NCBI RefSeq assembly: GCF_963921235.1
Contig: NC_086097.1
Span: 50,408,001-50,472,000, forward strand
Direction: 5' to 3'
DNA length: 64,000 bases
Source: Mobula hypostoma
Lineage: Eukaryota
A program made the position numbers and the translations under genes. Shown here piece after piece: positions 24,250 through 36,499 of the stretch (position 1 is its first letter; the number at the start of each line of letters is the position of its first letter). The notes under the pieces were generated by a model. It was not told the origin of the DNA and searched no databases. It was given only the letters and a program-made list of their open reading frames with translations.

Positions 24250-25199
24250 ATGCCAGGCAGGATGTTGGAATGCTCCTCTTGCAGGATGTGGGAAGTCAGG
24301 GAGCCCTCCGGTGTCCCTGACAACGACACCTGCAGGAAGTGCATCCAGCTGCAGCTCCTGACAAACCGCGTTAGGGAACTGGAGCAGGAGCTGGATGACC
24401 TGCGGATCATTCGGGAGAATGAGGAGATTATAGATTGTAGCTACAGGGAGGTAGTTACGCCAAAGGAGCAGAGGACAGGAAATTGGGTCACTGTCAGGCG
24501 AGGGAAGAGGAAAGGGCAGGCAGAGCAGGGTTCCCCTGTGGCCGTTCCCCTCAACAACAAGTATACCGCATTGGATACTGTTGGGGGGGATGACTTACCT
24601 GGGACTAGCTGCAGTAGCCGAATCTCTGGCACTGAGTCTGGCTCTGCAGTGCAGAAGGGAGGGGGGAAAAGAGGAGAGCGGTAGTGATAGGGGACTCGAT
24701 AGTTAGAGGTGCAGATAGAAGGTTCTGTGGTCGTGACAGAGAATCCAGGATGGTTTGTTGCCTCCCAGGTGCCAGGGTCAAGGATGTCTCTGATCGATTG
24801 CATGACATTCTGAAGTGGGAGGGTGACCAGCCAGATGTCGTGGTGCATATCGGTACCAATGACATAGCAAGGAAGAGTGAAGAGGTCCTGGACAGTGAGT
24901 ATAGAGAGCTTGGTAGGAAGTTGAAAAGCAGGACCTCAAAGGTGGTAATCTCAGGATTGCTATCTGTGCTAGGTGCCAGTGAGGGTAGGAATAGGATGCT
25001 CTGGAGGATGAACAAGTGGCTGAGGAACTGGTGTTGGGGGCAGGGTTTCAGATTTCAGGATCATTGGGACCTCTTCTGGGGCAGGTGGGACCTATACAAG
25101 AGAGACGGGTTACACTTGAACCACAGGGGGACCAATATCCTTTCAGGGAGGTTTGTTAGTGCTATTGGGGAGGCTATTGTGGTGGTAAAGATCTTCTGA
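24250..25199 (+). pseudogene. CR1 ORF1 (Zn finger/leucine zipper plus SGNH esterase), frameshifted
   Basis: CxxC...CxxC (CSSC, CRKC) and heptad LLTNRVRELEQEL. Esterase blocks GDSIVR, PGARV, HIGTND and DGLHLN. One frameshift in the G/A run at about 24655-24672. Confidence 0.88.
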
Positions 25200-28006
25200 G
25201 ATGTATATATTTCAATGCTAGGAGTATTGCGGGGAAGGCGGATGAGTTGAGGGCGTGGATTGACACGTGGAATTATGATGTTGTAGCAATTAGTGAAACT
25301 TGGCTACAGGAGGGGCAGGACTGGCAGCTTAATATTCCAGGGTTCCGATGTTTCAGATGTGATCGAGGCAGAGGAATGAAAGGTGGGGGGGTGGCATTGC
25401 TTGTTAGGGAAAATATTACAGCAGTGCTCAGGCAGGACAGATTAGAGGGCTTGTCTACTGAGTCCTTATGGGTGGAGCTGAGAAACAGGAAAGGTATGGC
25501 CACATTAGTGGGATTGTATTACAGACCACCCAATAGTCAACGAGACTTGGAAGAGCAAATCTGCAGAGAGATAGCAGGCAACTGCAGGAAACATAAAGTT
25601 GTGGTGGTAGGGGATTTTAATTTTCCATACATTGATTGGGACTCCCATACTGTTAGGGGTCTAGATGGTTTAGAGTTTGTAAAATGTGTTCAGGAAAGTC
25701 TTCTAAATCAATACATAAAGGGACCAACTAGAGGGGATGCAATATTGGATCTCCTGTTAGGAAACGAATTAGGGCAAGTGACAGAAGTCTGTGTAGGGGA
25801 GCACTTTGGTTCCAGTGATCATAACACCATTAGTTTCAATTTGATCATGGACAAGGATAGATCTGGTCCTAGGGTTGAGGTTCTGAACTGGAAGAAGGCC
25901 AAATTTGAAGAAATGAGAAAGGATCTAAAAAGCGTGGATTGGGACAGGTTGTTCTCTGGCAAAGATGTGATTGGTAGGTGGGAAGCCTTCAAAGGGGAAA
26001 TTTTGAGAGTGCAGAGTTTGTATGTTCCTGTCAGGATTAAAGACAAATTGAATAGGAATAAGGAACCTTGGTTCTCAAGGGATATTGCAACTCTGATAAA
26101 GAAGAAGAAGAGGGAGTTGTATGAAATGTATAGGAAACAGGGGGTAAATCAGGTGCTTGAGGAGTATAAGAAGTGCAAGAAAATACTTAAGAAGGAAATC
26201 AGGAGGGCAAAAAGAAGACATGAGGTTGCCTTGGCAGTCAAAGTGAAGGATAATCCAAAGAGCTTTTACAAGTATATTACGAGCAAAAGGATTGTAAGGG
26301 ATAAAATTGGTCCTCTTGAAGATCAGAGTGGTCGGCTTTGTGCAGAACCAAAGGAAATGGGGGAGATCTTAAATAGGTTTTTTGCATCTGTATTTACTAA
26401 GGAAGCTGGCATGAAATCTATGGAATTGAGGGAATCAAGTAGTGAGACCATGGAAACTGTACAGATTGAAAAGGAGGAGGTGCTTGCTGTCTTGAGGAAA
26501 ATTAAAGTGGAGAAATCTCCGGGACCTGACAGAGTGTTCCCTCGGACCTTGAAGGAGACTAGTGTTGAAATTGCGAGGGCTCTGGCAGAAATATTTAAAA
26601 TGTCGCTGTCTATGGGTGAAGTGCCGGAGGATTGGAGAATGGCTCATGTTGTTCCGTTGTTTAAAAAAGGATCGAAAAGTAATCCGGGAAATTATAGGCC
26701 GGTGAGTTTAACGTCAGTAGTAGGTAAGTTATTGGAGGGAGTACTAAGAGACAGAATCTACAAGCATTTGGATAGACAGGGGCTTATTAGGGAGAGTCAA
26801 CATGGCTTTGTGCGTGGTAGGTCATGTTTGACCAATCTGTTGGAGTTTTTCGAGGAGGTTACCAGGAAAGTGGATGAAGGGAAGGCAGTGGATATTGTCT
26901 ACATAGACTTCAGTAAGGCCTTTGACAAGGTCCCGCATGGGAGGTTAGTTAGGAAAATTCAGTCGCTAGGTATACATGGAGAGGTGGTAAATTGGATTAG
27001 ACATTGGCTCGATGGAAGAAGCCAGAGAGTGGTGGTAGAGAATTACTTCTCTGAGTGGAGGCCTGTGACTAGTGGTGTGCCACAGGGATCAGTGCTGGGT
27101 CCATTGTTATTTGTCATCTATATCAATGATCTAGATGATAATGTGGTAAATTGGATCAGCAAGTTTGCTGATGATACAAAGATTGGAGGTGTAGTAGACA
27201 GTGAGGAATGTTTTCAGAGCCTGCAGAGGGACTTGGACCAGCTGGAAAAATAGGCTGAAAAATGGCAGATGGAGTTTAATACAGACAAGTGTGAGGTATT
27301 GCACGTTGGAAGGACAAACCAACCTAGAACATACAGGGTTAATGGTAAGGCACTGAGGAGTGCAGTGGAACAGAGGGATCTGGGAATACAGATACAAAAT
27401 TCCCTAAAAGTGTCGTCACAGGTAGATAGGGTCGTAAAGAGAGCTTTTGGTACATTGGCCTTTATTAATCAAAGTATTGAGTATAAGAGCTGGAATGTTA
27501 TGATGAGGTTGTATAAGGCATTGGTGAGGCCGAATCTGGAGTATTGTGTTTGGTTTTGGTCACCAAATTACAGGAAGGATATAAATAAGGTTGAAAGAGT
27601 GCAGAGAAGGTTTACAAGGATGTTGCCGGGACTTGAGAAACTCAGTTACAGAGAAAGGTTGAATAGGTTAGGACTTTATTCCCTGGAGTGTAGAAGAATG
27701 AGTGGAGATTTGATAGGGGTATATAAAATTATGATGGGTATAGATAGAGTGAATGCAAGCAGGCTTTTTCCACTGAGGCAAGGGGAGAAAAAAACCAGAG
27801 GACATGGGTTAAGGGTGAGGGGGGAAAAGTTTAAAGGGAACATGGGGGGGGGCTTCTTCACACAGAGAGTGGTGGGAGTATGGAATGAGCTGCCAGACGA
27901 GGTGGTAAATGCGGGTTCTTTTTTAACATTTAAGAATAAATTGGACTGATACATGGATGGGAGGTGTATGGAGGGATATGGTCCGTGTGCAGGTCAGTGG
28001 GACTAG
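25196..28006 (+). pseudogene. CR1 ORF2 (APE endonuclease plus reverse transcriptase), two in-frame stops
   Basis: YFNARS, ISETWL, GLYYRPP, VGDFN, SDHN; KSPGPD, YRPVSLTS, QHGF, DFSKAFD, GVPQGSVLGP, FADDTK. TAG at 27251-27253 replaces a probable TGG, TGA at 27947-27949 replaces a probable AGA, and the natural stop is at 28004-28006. Confidence 0.93.
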
Positions 28007-29614
28007 GCAGAAAATGGTTCGGCACAGCCAAGAAGGGCCAAAGGGCCTGTTTCTGTGCTGTAGTTTCTATGATTTCTATGGTGGAGGATTACAAATACCT
28101 GAGGATACGAATTGACAATAAACTGGACTGGTCAAAGAACACTGAGGCTGTCTACAAGAAGGGTCAGAGCTGTCTCTATTTCCTGAGGAGACTGAGGTCC
28201 TTTAACATCTGTCGGACGATGCTGAGGATGTTCTACGAGTCTATGGTGGCCAGTGCTATCATATCTGCTGTGGTGTGCTGGGGCAGCAGGCTGAGGGTAG
28301 CAGACACCAATAGAATCAACAAACTCATTCGTAAGGCCAGTGATGTTGTGGGGATGGAACTGGACTCTCTGACGGTGGTGTCTGAAAAGAGGATGCTGTC
28401 CAAGTTGCATGCCATCTTGGACAATATCTCCCATCCACTACATAATGGACTGGTTGGGCACAGGAGTACATTCAGCCAGAGACTCATTCCACCGAGATGC
28501 AACACAGAGCGTCATAGGAAGTCATTCCTGCCTGTGGCCATCAAACTTTACAACTCCTTCCTTGGAGGGTCAGACACCCTGAGCCAATAGGCTGGTCCTG
28601 GACTTATTTCCTGGCATAATTTACATATTACTATTTAACTATTTATGGTTATATTACTATTTAATTATATATGGTGCAACTGTAACGAAAACCAATTTCC
28701 CCCGGGATCAATAAAGGATGACTATGACTATGATTGGTTTATTATTGGACCAACATGAGGCAAATCTATCTTATTAATTTACAGCATGTAGTCACCGTCA
28801 GCAAGGCCAGTGTTTATTGCTCAAATATAATGGCCCTTGAAAAAATAATGGTGAAGGTGCTCCCACACTGTTGAGCAGGGAGTTACACCCAGTGATTTGC
28901 TGAGCTGGGTCCACAACTATCTGCCATTTCTTGTGGTCATGGACAGAGCAGTTGCCACACCAAGCTGTTATACATCCAAATAAGATGTATTGATGAGTTG
29001 GGTCAAAGGGTTTTTTTTTCCAGCGGTATAACTCTTAGCAGGTAACACATGTCCATTTCACTTGGCATGGTACAATCAGCTTGTGCTTCCTGCATCCTGT
29101 GGGGGGGGGGGGCGGGGAGAGGGGAGGGAGGTGAGATAAAGAGTCCACTACCTGATGACCTGTTGCACCATGGGCATTCCTAAGTAAAGCTGGGTTAATA
29201 TGCTAACATCAGGAAAATGCTGAGTAATATAGGACAAGGTCAGTATGCTGTAATACTGAAGATAGCTAATCCAACTAACCAGAGTCAAGAATCAACAGAA
29301 GGAAAGAAAAAAATTAAAGCAGTATCAAAAGTAAGCAATATATAATTTCACTCATCTTGACATTTCATGTGTTTACATTTGCAGCTCCACATAGGCACTT
29401 GTGATGTGCAAACTTCTGTTTATGATTTACAATTTATTGACTGTGCTCTGTTAAGTTACTGATTCGCTACATAACACCAGAAGGTAACAAGCAGAATTAT
29501 CTCAAAAGTTAATGGCTATCGAGATGACAATCTGCTTGGTAATTTGTCTTGGGTAAACAGGTTTCCAATAGAACTCAAATGAGTTTTCTTACACGGGAAT
29601 CAGAGTCCTGCCTG

Positions 29615-30900
29615 AGAGGTGACTGGGATCCGCTCCAATCTGCCTACAGGCCAACAGCAGATGCCATTTCATTGGCTCTTCTCTCAACTCTGGAACATCT
29701 GGATGGTGAAGATGCATAAATCAGGATGCTGTTCATTGACTACAGCTCAGCATTCGATAATATCATCCCCTCAAAACTACTCAATAAGCTTCAAGACCTT
29801 GGCCTCAATATCTCCATGTGCAATTGGATCCTCGATTTCCTTGTTTACAGACTCCAGTTAGTCCAGATTGGCAAAAGCATCTCCTTCACAACCCACAGGT
29901 GCACTACAAGACTGTGTGCTTAGCCCCCTGCTCTATTTGCTTTACTCTTACAACTGTGAGGCTAAGTACATCTCCAAAGCTATATTGAAGTTTGCTGATG
30001 CACCACTGTCATTGGCCAAATCAAGGGTGGTGACAGATCTACATATAGGAGGGAGACTGAAAATCTGAACAACAACCTCTCATTTAATGTCAGCAAGACC
30101 AAGAAATGGATTATTGACCAGAAGAAGGAAACCAGAAGTCCATGAGTCAGTTTTCATTGGAGGATGAGAGATGGAGTGGGCCAGCAACTTTAAATTTGTT
30201 GGTGTTATCATTTCTGACGATCGGTCTTGGGTCCACCGTGTAAGTGCCATTATGAAGAAAGCACGGCAGTGCACCTACTTTCTTAGAAGTTTATGAGGAT
30301 TTGACATGTTATCTAAAACTTTGACCAACTTCTATAGATGTGTGCTGGAGAGTATATTGATTTGTTGCATCACGGCCTGGTATGGAAACACCAATGCCCT
30401 TGAACAGAAAATCCTACAAAAAGTAGTGGATATGGCCCAGTCCATCACGGGTTAAGCCCTCCCCACCATCGAGCACATCTACACGGAGCGCTGTTGCAGG
30501 AAAGCAGCATCCACCATCCAGGCCAGGCTCTCTTCTCAGTGCTGTCATTAGAAAGGTGGTACAAGAACCTCAGGACCCACGTGATCAGGTTGAGGAACAG
30601 TTGTCACCCCTCAACCATCAGGCTCTTGAACCAGAGGGAATAGTTTCACTCGCCCTGTCACTGAAATGGTCCCATAACCTATGGACTCACTTTTAAGGAC
30701 TCTTCATCTCATGTTCTTTTTTTTCTTTTTGTATTTGCATTTTATTGATTTTGCACACTGACTGTGTTTCTAGCCTGCTGGAGGTGGTCTTTCATTGATT
30801 CTGATGTGTTTCTTATATTTACGTGAATGCCCGATGCCCATAAGAAAGTGAATCTCGGGGTTGTATATATGTACTTCTATAATAAATTTACTTTGAACTT
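29615..30900 (+). mobile_element. Rex1/Babar-type LINE, degenerate
   Basis: [43 protein letters not shown] and AWYGN remnants, with an ACTTTGAACTTT tail. Confidence 0.85.
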
Positions 30901-31059
30901 TCATAGTTGCTTATATTAAAACAGGTGTCTACCTGAGCTACATTTACTATCAATTAATGTAGAATAACTGATTAGAAACAATAGGAAACAATGTAGTGAT
31001 TTACAAGTGAAAAGGTGTACATAAACAGTGAAATATCTGAATGGACTCGTGTTTTGCCA

Positions 31060-31330
31060 ATGCTGGACACAGATGCTATCATAAAGTCTGCCTTTGAGAA
31101 AGGACACACATGTGACTCTCGCACAGGCAAAGTCATCACAAGAGTCCTTTCCAACTGTATCCTCCATACAGGCAAAAGGTTTCTCCCTGAATCACAGTGT
31201 GGATTCTTTCCATGCAGAGACACAGTGAACAGGGTCTTCCCTAAAGAACTCCCAGGTAAATGTAAGAAGCAGCACCAACCCGTCTACGTGGCCTTTATGA
31301 CCCCACTAAAGCCTCTGCCTTCATCAATGG
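31060..31330 (+). mobile_element. RTE-clade RT fragment
   Basis: TGKVITRVL...LPESQCGF.PCRDTV...KCKKQHQPVYVAF matches RTE RT domains 1-3. Confidence 0.7.
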
Positions 31331-32979
31331 GGAGGGAATGTATCTGCAGCAGGATTTTCCCTGTACTGTTGGGTGTTCCATGTTGTAATCTCACACCTGT
31401 ATCCCAGCCTAGGGAACCTGATGAAATCCTTCACTGTGTCTTGAGATTGCTGCAATTATTACAGCATTTCCCAGTGTGACCAAGAACCCAACCTGGAATG
31501 AGGTTGCCAGAGGGTATGGTCCTGGTCCCCTAAGAGACATCTGTTCATCAGCTGTTGAAGTAAAATAGGTCTGGGTCATTACTTCAGGATAAACAAGCTG
31601 CACAAACTTCTCTGGGGTATTTTGAAGACCATGAGGAACTTTGGGTGGTTACATGTGGTTCATATAATCAGCAAGCAGAGGTGATGAGAGACCAATTGTT
31701 GATATGTGGAGGCCAAAGGTTATCATTCATTGAAGGGTAGTATATGGTGACATTGGGGACTTGGATAACAAATTTATTTTGAACTGAAGCCTACAAAAAG
31801 CTCTGCGATCTGGGAATATCTACTCAGCTGTGCTGGTTGATACTCAGAGAATTGTAGGTGATTTGTTTAAAAAGTCCTGGCTCCTCTTGTCCTGGACCGG
31901 TCATGATCTTTGGAATGAATCAGAGGCTAAGAAATTGAGGCAAGCCAATCTTGACTTCGACAGATAAAGCAATCAAGGGGAAGGTACTTGACTCAAATTC
32001 TGGAATATCTCTGATACTACTGCTTTGAAAAATGTCAGCTTCTATATAGATTGATGCTTGGACAAATTACGCTAGGAGTGTGGCTTCCAGTAGATTTTTG
32101 GACCCTCACTGCTGTTGCCTACTTCAGCTGCTTCTTTGGGCAAGATTTTACTTTTTTCTTCTCTCCTCAGGCTCTTTGTGGGGGCCACAGTGGGGAAATG
32201 GACTTGCTGGGGTCCAATTGTAACAAATTATGAACCATACGCAAAGTATCAGGTCTAAGCAGCAATGACAAACACTACAACAATGCTTTTTTAAAGTTGT
32301 GAATTTAATTTGTGGCCTGTTGGGGGGTATTTACAGCAGGGTTTGTTGGAGTCAACCACAGAATTTTCTTGCTGCAGTGTCTCCGTAATTTTGGAGAACA
32401 GAAACATTTGAAAATAAATTCCAAAATGTAGCCAGCTGACTCATTTAAATGTAGCAGAATAACAGTATGGAAATTGAGTTTATATTCCTTTCAACCATTT
32501 GGCCCTTGAACCAACCGGCAGAACTCCAATCACTACAGTTTAGGAACACAATGACACTACGATCACTGCACAAAATTGGATTTTTTTTTGTTCCAGTTGT
32601 GTTCTTTCTTGCAAAACTTGTGTATAATTTGCATTTCATTTATATTTTCCTCTGGATGCTGCTTCCATGATGCTATGTGTCTGTGATACTACTGCAAGTA
32701 AATTTTTCATTGTTCTTCTGTATGTGACAATAAACTTGAATTTGACTTTGAGGAACCAGTGATATTAATGTATAGGATTTATTAATGTGTTAAGATTTGT
32801 GTATTCAAAAATAATTTGAAGTTTCATTTCCATTAAATCTATATGCAGGCTATTAGATTCTTAACTGCATAGATTTTAGGGCAATGATGGAAAGTGAACA
32901 CTTACATCTACGGAAGTTATTGTTCATGATCAGGTGGTGAATTATCAATCATTGGGTGTAACAGTCTGAGAGATCGTCG

Positions 32980-32995
32980 CAGCGCCACCTAGTGG
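32980..32995 (-). promoter_or_regulatory. CTCF core motif
   Basis: The minus strand reads CCACTAGGTGGCGCTG, essentially the canonical CTCF consensus. Motif only; binding is not shown. Confidence 0.6.
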
Positions 32996-33009
32996 AATTC
33001 AAGCAAATT

Positions 33010-33640
33010 TGAAGAATACACCTCGATGCTCTGAACACATTGGTGATGTAACCCAGGGTCGTAGGGTGGTTCGGGTCTTTCAGCATCAGACACCTGCACC
33101 CAGGCGACCCAACCGTGGTTGATCAAGCTATGGACTTGTTCTCTTCATCCAGAGCCACCTTCAGGCTTTCTCTGCTGCTTCGGAGATGTTGCCGATGGTT
33201 CTCTGCCTCCTTGTACCAGCAATGCGCAATGCGCTGAGGGCTCCGTGAAGAGACTGCCCAGCGAAGCCCTGGCAGCCCACTTCACTGGGCGTGCACCTTG
33301 CTTTCCATCCCTGCCTCTGACAGTTGCTGACCAGTTCCTTATATCTGGCAAGCTTCCTCTCATGTGCATCCTCCAGAGCTCCTCCCAGGGCACAGTCAGC
33401 TCCGGCAGGATGATGTGCTTTGCTGCCTGTGAGTCCAGGAAGATGTCTGGTGTGAAGGTTGTCTTGACGATGTGCTGTGGGAACTTCAGCTGTTTCTCCA
33501 GATTAGTCATCAGCTGCCAGTCATGAGTGGGTGTCAGAACCCCTGTGGGTGGCTTTACCCTTGCTTCTGGTTGTTCTCCTGCTCGCAAAGGTGATGGTTC
33601 GATTGCAAGGTTGAGCTTGTTTGCTGTTCCTGACGCTTAG
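33010..33640 (-). mobile_element. Hero-like (R2-group, restriction-like endonuclease) non-LTR retrotransposon, 3' fragment
   Basis: RAGEQP...DWQL..NLEKQLKFPQHIVKTTFTPDI...IILPELTVPWEE is a PD..(D/E)-type RLE motif typical of Hero elements. After a frameshift come KYKELV..C..GWK..C..PVKWAARAS-like and AAEKA.RWLWMKR segments, then a structured 3' UTR. Confidence 0.75.
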
Positions 33641-35752
33641 GAAGAATTTTATTTGTAAACATTCATAATGCAAAGACTCAGTGAGGTGGATGCACTAAAA
33701 CTTGTTAGTTTATTATGTGGAGCACAGGTATACTATGCTAAGATATAATTATCCACAAATAATAAGTATAGTATTATGTAATTAAAATATCACTTTCCAG
33801 AACAATGAAATGTACACACAGAGAAGAAATGTAAAATTTGGTTCACCACATCCTGTGTACTGTGTCCATTTATAACCTCGAATCTGGGGGGAAATGCGGG
33901 CAAGATTTACAAGACGATGCTGGAATCAGGAGGCTGCAACTCTCAGGACAGGCTAATTAGCAGGAGCTCCATGCAATAAAGACTTTGAGAAGACCTGACA
34001 GAAGCCTCCAAAGTTATGACATGCCTTGTTTGGGTGGATGCAAAGACACTTATGGTGAATGTTAAACTAAAGGTCACATGAAATGTTTGATGTAAATTTT
34101 CAGTATTGTGGCGACAAAGTCTTCCTATGAGAACTCAGTTCCATTCTCCCATTCCCTCCTACTCCTTTGTATCACTGTGCTTCCAAAGTTTTTTCCATTC
34201 TCCTTAACTTAGTTCGCTACTTCACCCTCCATGAGGGTTCTTAAGTATATTTGTTCCACTTCCCATACTCATTCTACCTGGAATAAAGGTAGGCTTCCCT
34301 TTGTCCTCACCTTCCATCCAGCCACCGTCCACGTTAGGGTTCTCCTAATTTCTGCCACCTTCAACGTGATGTCACTGCCAGACACATCTTCATTTGATTA
34401 CAATAACTAGGGGGAGGCCTGATATATATGTGACAGAGAGGTATCAGTAAAAAAAAATAAAATGTCTAAACACTAACAAATCCCCAGGACTAATGGTTTC
34501 TACAAACACTTTAGCCATGACTTTCCAAAGCTCCCTCTATTCTGTGATTGTTCATTTCCAATTGGAAAACAGTAGATGTAAGAAAAATGACAAGTATACA
34601 GAAAAGAGAGTCAAATTTTTTTAATGAAATTAATAATTAATAAGACGACCACCAGTTTAGAGAATCCTCATGAATGTATGAAAGTTGGGGAATGTTTTAT
34701 AAACATTAAGTTATTTGAAGAAGAACTAAGACAATGGGAGGATTTTGTAAGTAGTTATTCATCCATTTAATATAGATTTTTTCACATTATTAGAATCTGT
34801 AACCTAAATTTAAAGTACTTGTAATTTAAGGCAAGTCATTGACCCTTTGTGTGGCTGGTTCACTGGTTGTAGACAGAGAGATATGATAATAAACAAATCT
34901 GAAGAAAGGGACCAGTAAGAGCCACAATGATCAGTGATAAAGGCGCAATTCAATTCTGTACTAATGACACAACAGTAAACTTACATGCAAATCAGTGAGT
35001 GACTCAGGAATTAATGGGATTATAATTATTGTTGCTGGGACTCTGAAAGATGAAGTGATAAGGTAAAACAATAGCAGGCTGATGACAATGCATTCTTTAA
35101 GTATTAAGAATCTAGGGAAGGTGGCAGCCCAGAGGGAGAAGTAAACACTGTCTGAGTTCTTGAGCATACAGTACTGATGTCTGAAGTAAAGTGATGGAGA
35201 TAAGTCGAAAGCAACTATTCCTGCGATGAAACTTAAGTTCATTTTAAAAAAAACGTGGAGTGGGAAAAAAATCTGTTATGGTCCCCACGAAACCATTCAA
35301 GTGTAGTAAACCATCTAGTTCTCTATTGTCTGTCCGAGACTTTTGCAGACTACTGTATTTGTCAACGTGGAGCAGAGAGCGAGTTTGTAAATCTGGCGAG
35401 AACAAAGGATATTGGAAGTGGCAATGGTGGAGCACCACAGAAGGGGTATGGGACAAGTGGTAGAGAAGGGGTGCCAGGGGTGGGGGGTGGTGCAGCCCTG
35501 AGACACCAGGCAAGGTCATTTAATTGCAAACAATCGATTTATTGATCATTACAGAATGTCTTCCTGGTGCTTCCCACTCCCTCCCCTCTCGTTTTCCTTT
35601 TTCCTAACCATGATTCCCCTCTCCCTGCCCCCTTCCCATTCTCAGTCCACAACAGAGACCCAAATAGAATCAGGTTTATCATCACTCACGTATGTCATGA
35701 AATTTGTTGGTTTGTTTTTGCAGCAGCAAGACTGCAGTACATAAAATTACTA

Positions 35753-35819
35753 CAGCACTGTGCAGAAGTCTGAGACACCCTAGCTATATATAGGTGGCTA
35801 AGGCTTTTGCACATTACTG
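35753..35819. mobile_element. 67-bp Tc1/mariner-type mini-MITE (palindrome)
   Basis: TA|CAGCACTGTGCAGAAGTCTGAGACACC...GGTGGCTAAGGCTTTTGCACATTACTG. Imperfect arms of about 27 bp surround TAGCTATATATA. The right TA is mutated. Confidence 0.65.
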
Positions 35820-36499
35820 TTTGTAATTTGGAACCAAAAACAACATGGTTGCCTCAGATAGTTATTTAAAATGACCTCACAAGCTGTTAAATTTTTTTTT
35901 AACTCCTGCGGCAGAACCTTATAAAAATAGAAACAGACCAGCCACCTAGCACCAACCTAGGCCCTGTTTTTGGATGCAGCAAAAGCTTAGCCAGCCCGGT
36001 TAAAGGATTAGCTTTATTGGAGTTAGTAACCCAGCAAGTACTACCTCAAAAATAAATGAGGACTTGTGCTGAGCTGTCTCACAGCCTCAAAAGCAACTGT
36101 CTGACACAGTCATTCTCACAGGATTATGTCTTTCAGCCAGTGTCCTAGATTCCTCCATCACATCTCTCCCCAATGACACCTTAAAGTGGCAGTGTTACAG
36201 AGCCTGGTAGCTGTGGCTCTGGAAGGCTACAGCATTGATTTTAAACCATATGAGTACTCATAATATTCGATCTAACAACAGAGCAGGGAAATCTGCTGAT
36301 AACTGTCTGTTAATGAATCCTCCATATTTCTCCTTTTGTGACACTAAAATTAGGAAGGTCACAACATGTGATTATGGAAGAACATAAGTATTGGAAATTG
36401 GAGAGGGGTTTTCATCCACTGCTCACGGCTGATCTTTTATCTCAGTACCATGCCTCGGCAGAAATATCACATCTCTAGATTTCCTGAGTAACTAAAAAT

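Larger units (their letters stand above)
24250..28080 (+). mobile_element. Near full-length young CR1 LINE (ORF1, ORF2 and 3' UTR; 5' UTR missing)
   Basis: Two long ORF regions with few disablements, a 3' hairpin (GGCACAG...GGGCCAAAGGGCC...CTGTGCT) and a TTTCTATGATTTCTATG tail. Confidence 0.96.
23123..28731 (+). mobile_element. Rex1/Babar LINE (5'-truncated RT), split by a CR1 insertion at about 24250-28080
   Basis: DRANELNLFFNRFD, RVMFFDFSSAFNTI, GAPQGTVLSPFLF, LQKFSDDSAIVG and LNVKKTKELVVD...IQGVSV, which resumes after the CR1 as VEDYKYL.IRIDNKLDW...SFLPVAIKLYN. AATAAA and a (GACTAT)n tail follow. Candidate TSD GATTGG at 23117-23122 and 28732-28737. Confidence 0.92.

Noticed and set aside
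23771..24361. 196-aa ORF, and the 27964-28590 ORF, that look like chimeric genes
   Set aside because: They are read-through artefacts across the Rex1/CR1 insertion junctions, with no promoter or splice evidence.
29100..29135. G-rich run that could form a G-quadruplex (also poly-G at about 46447 and poly-C at about 50169)
   Set aside because: Simple homopolymer tracts in repeat-rich DNA with no functional context.
33065..33100. CTGATG...GAA in the Hero 3' UTR resembling a hammerhead core
   Set aside because: It reads CUGAUGC rather than CUGAUGA, and no proper GAAA/stem III/NUH arrangement is present.
34624..34770. 48-aa ORF MKLIINK...MKVGECFINIKLFEEELRQWEDF, with a GTAAGT donor, faintly reminiscent of MULE/SWIM-type N-termini
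   Set aside because: Too short, with no clear acceptor or adjacent exons, and the resemblance is only an impression.
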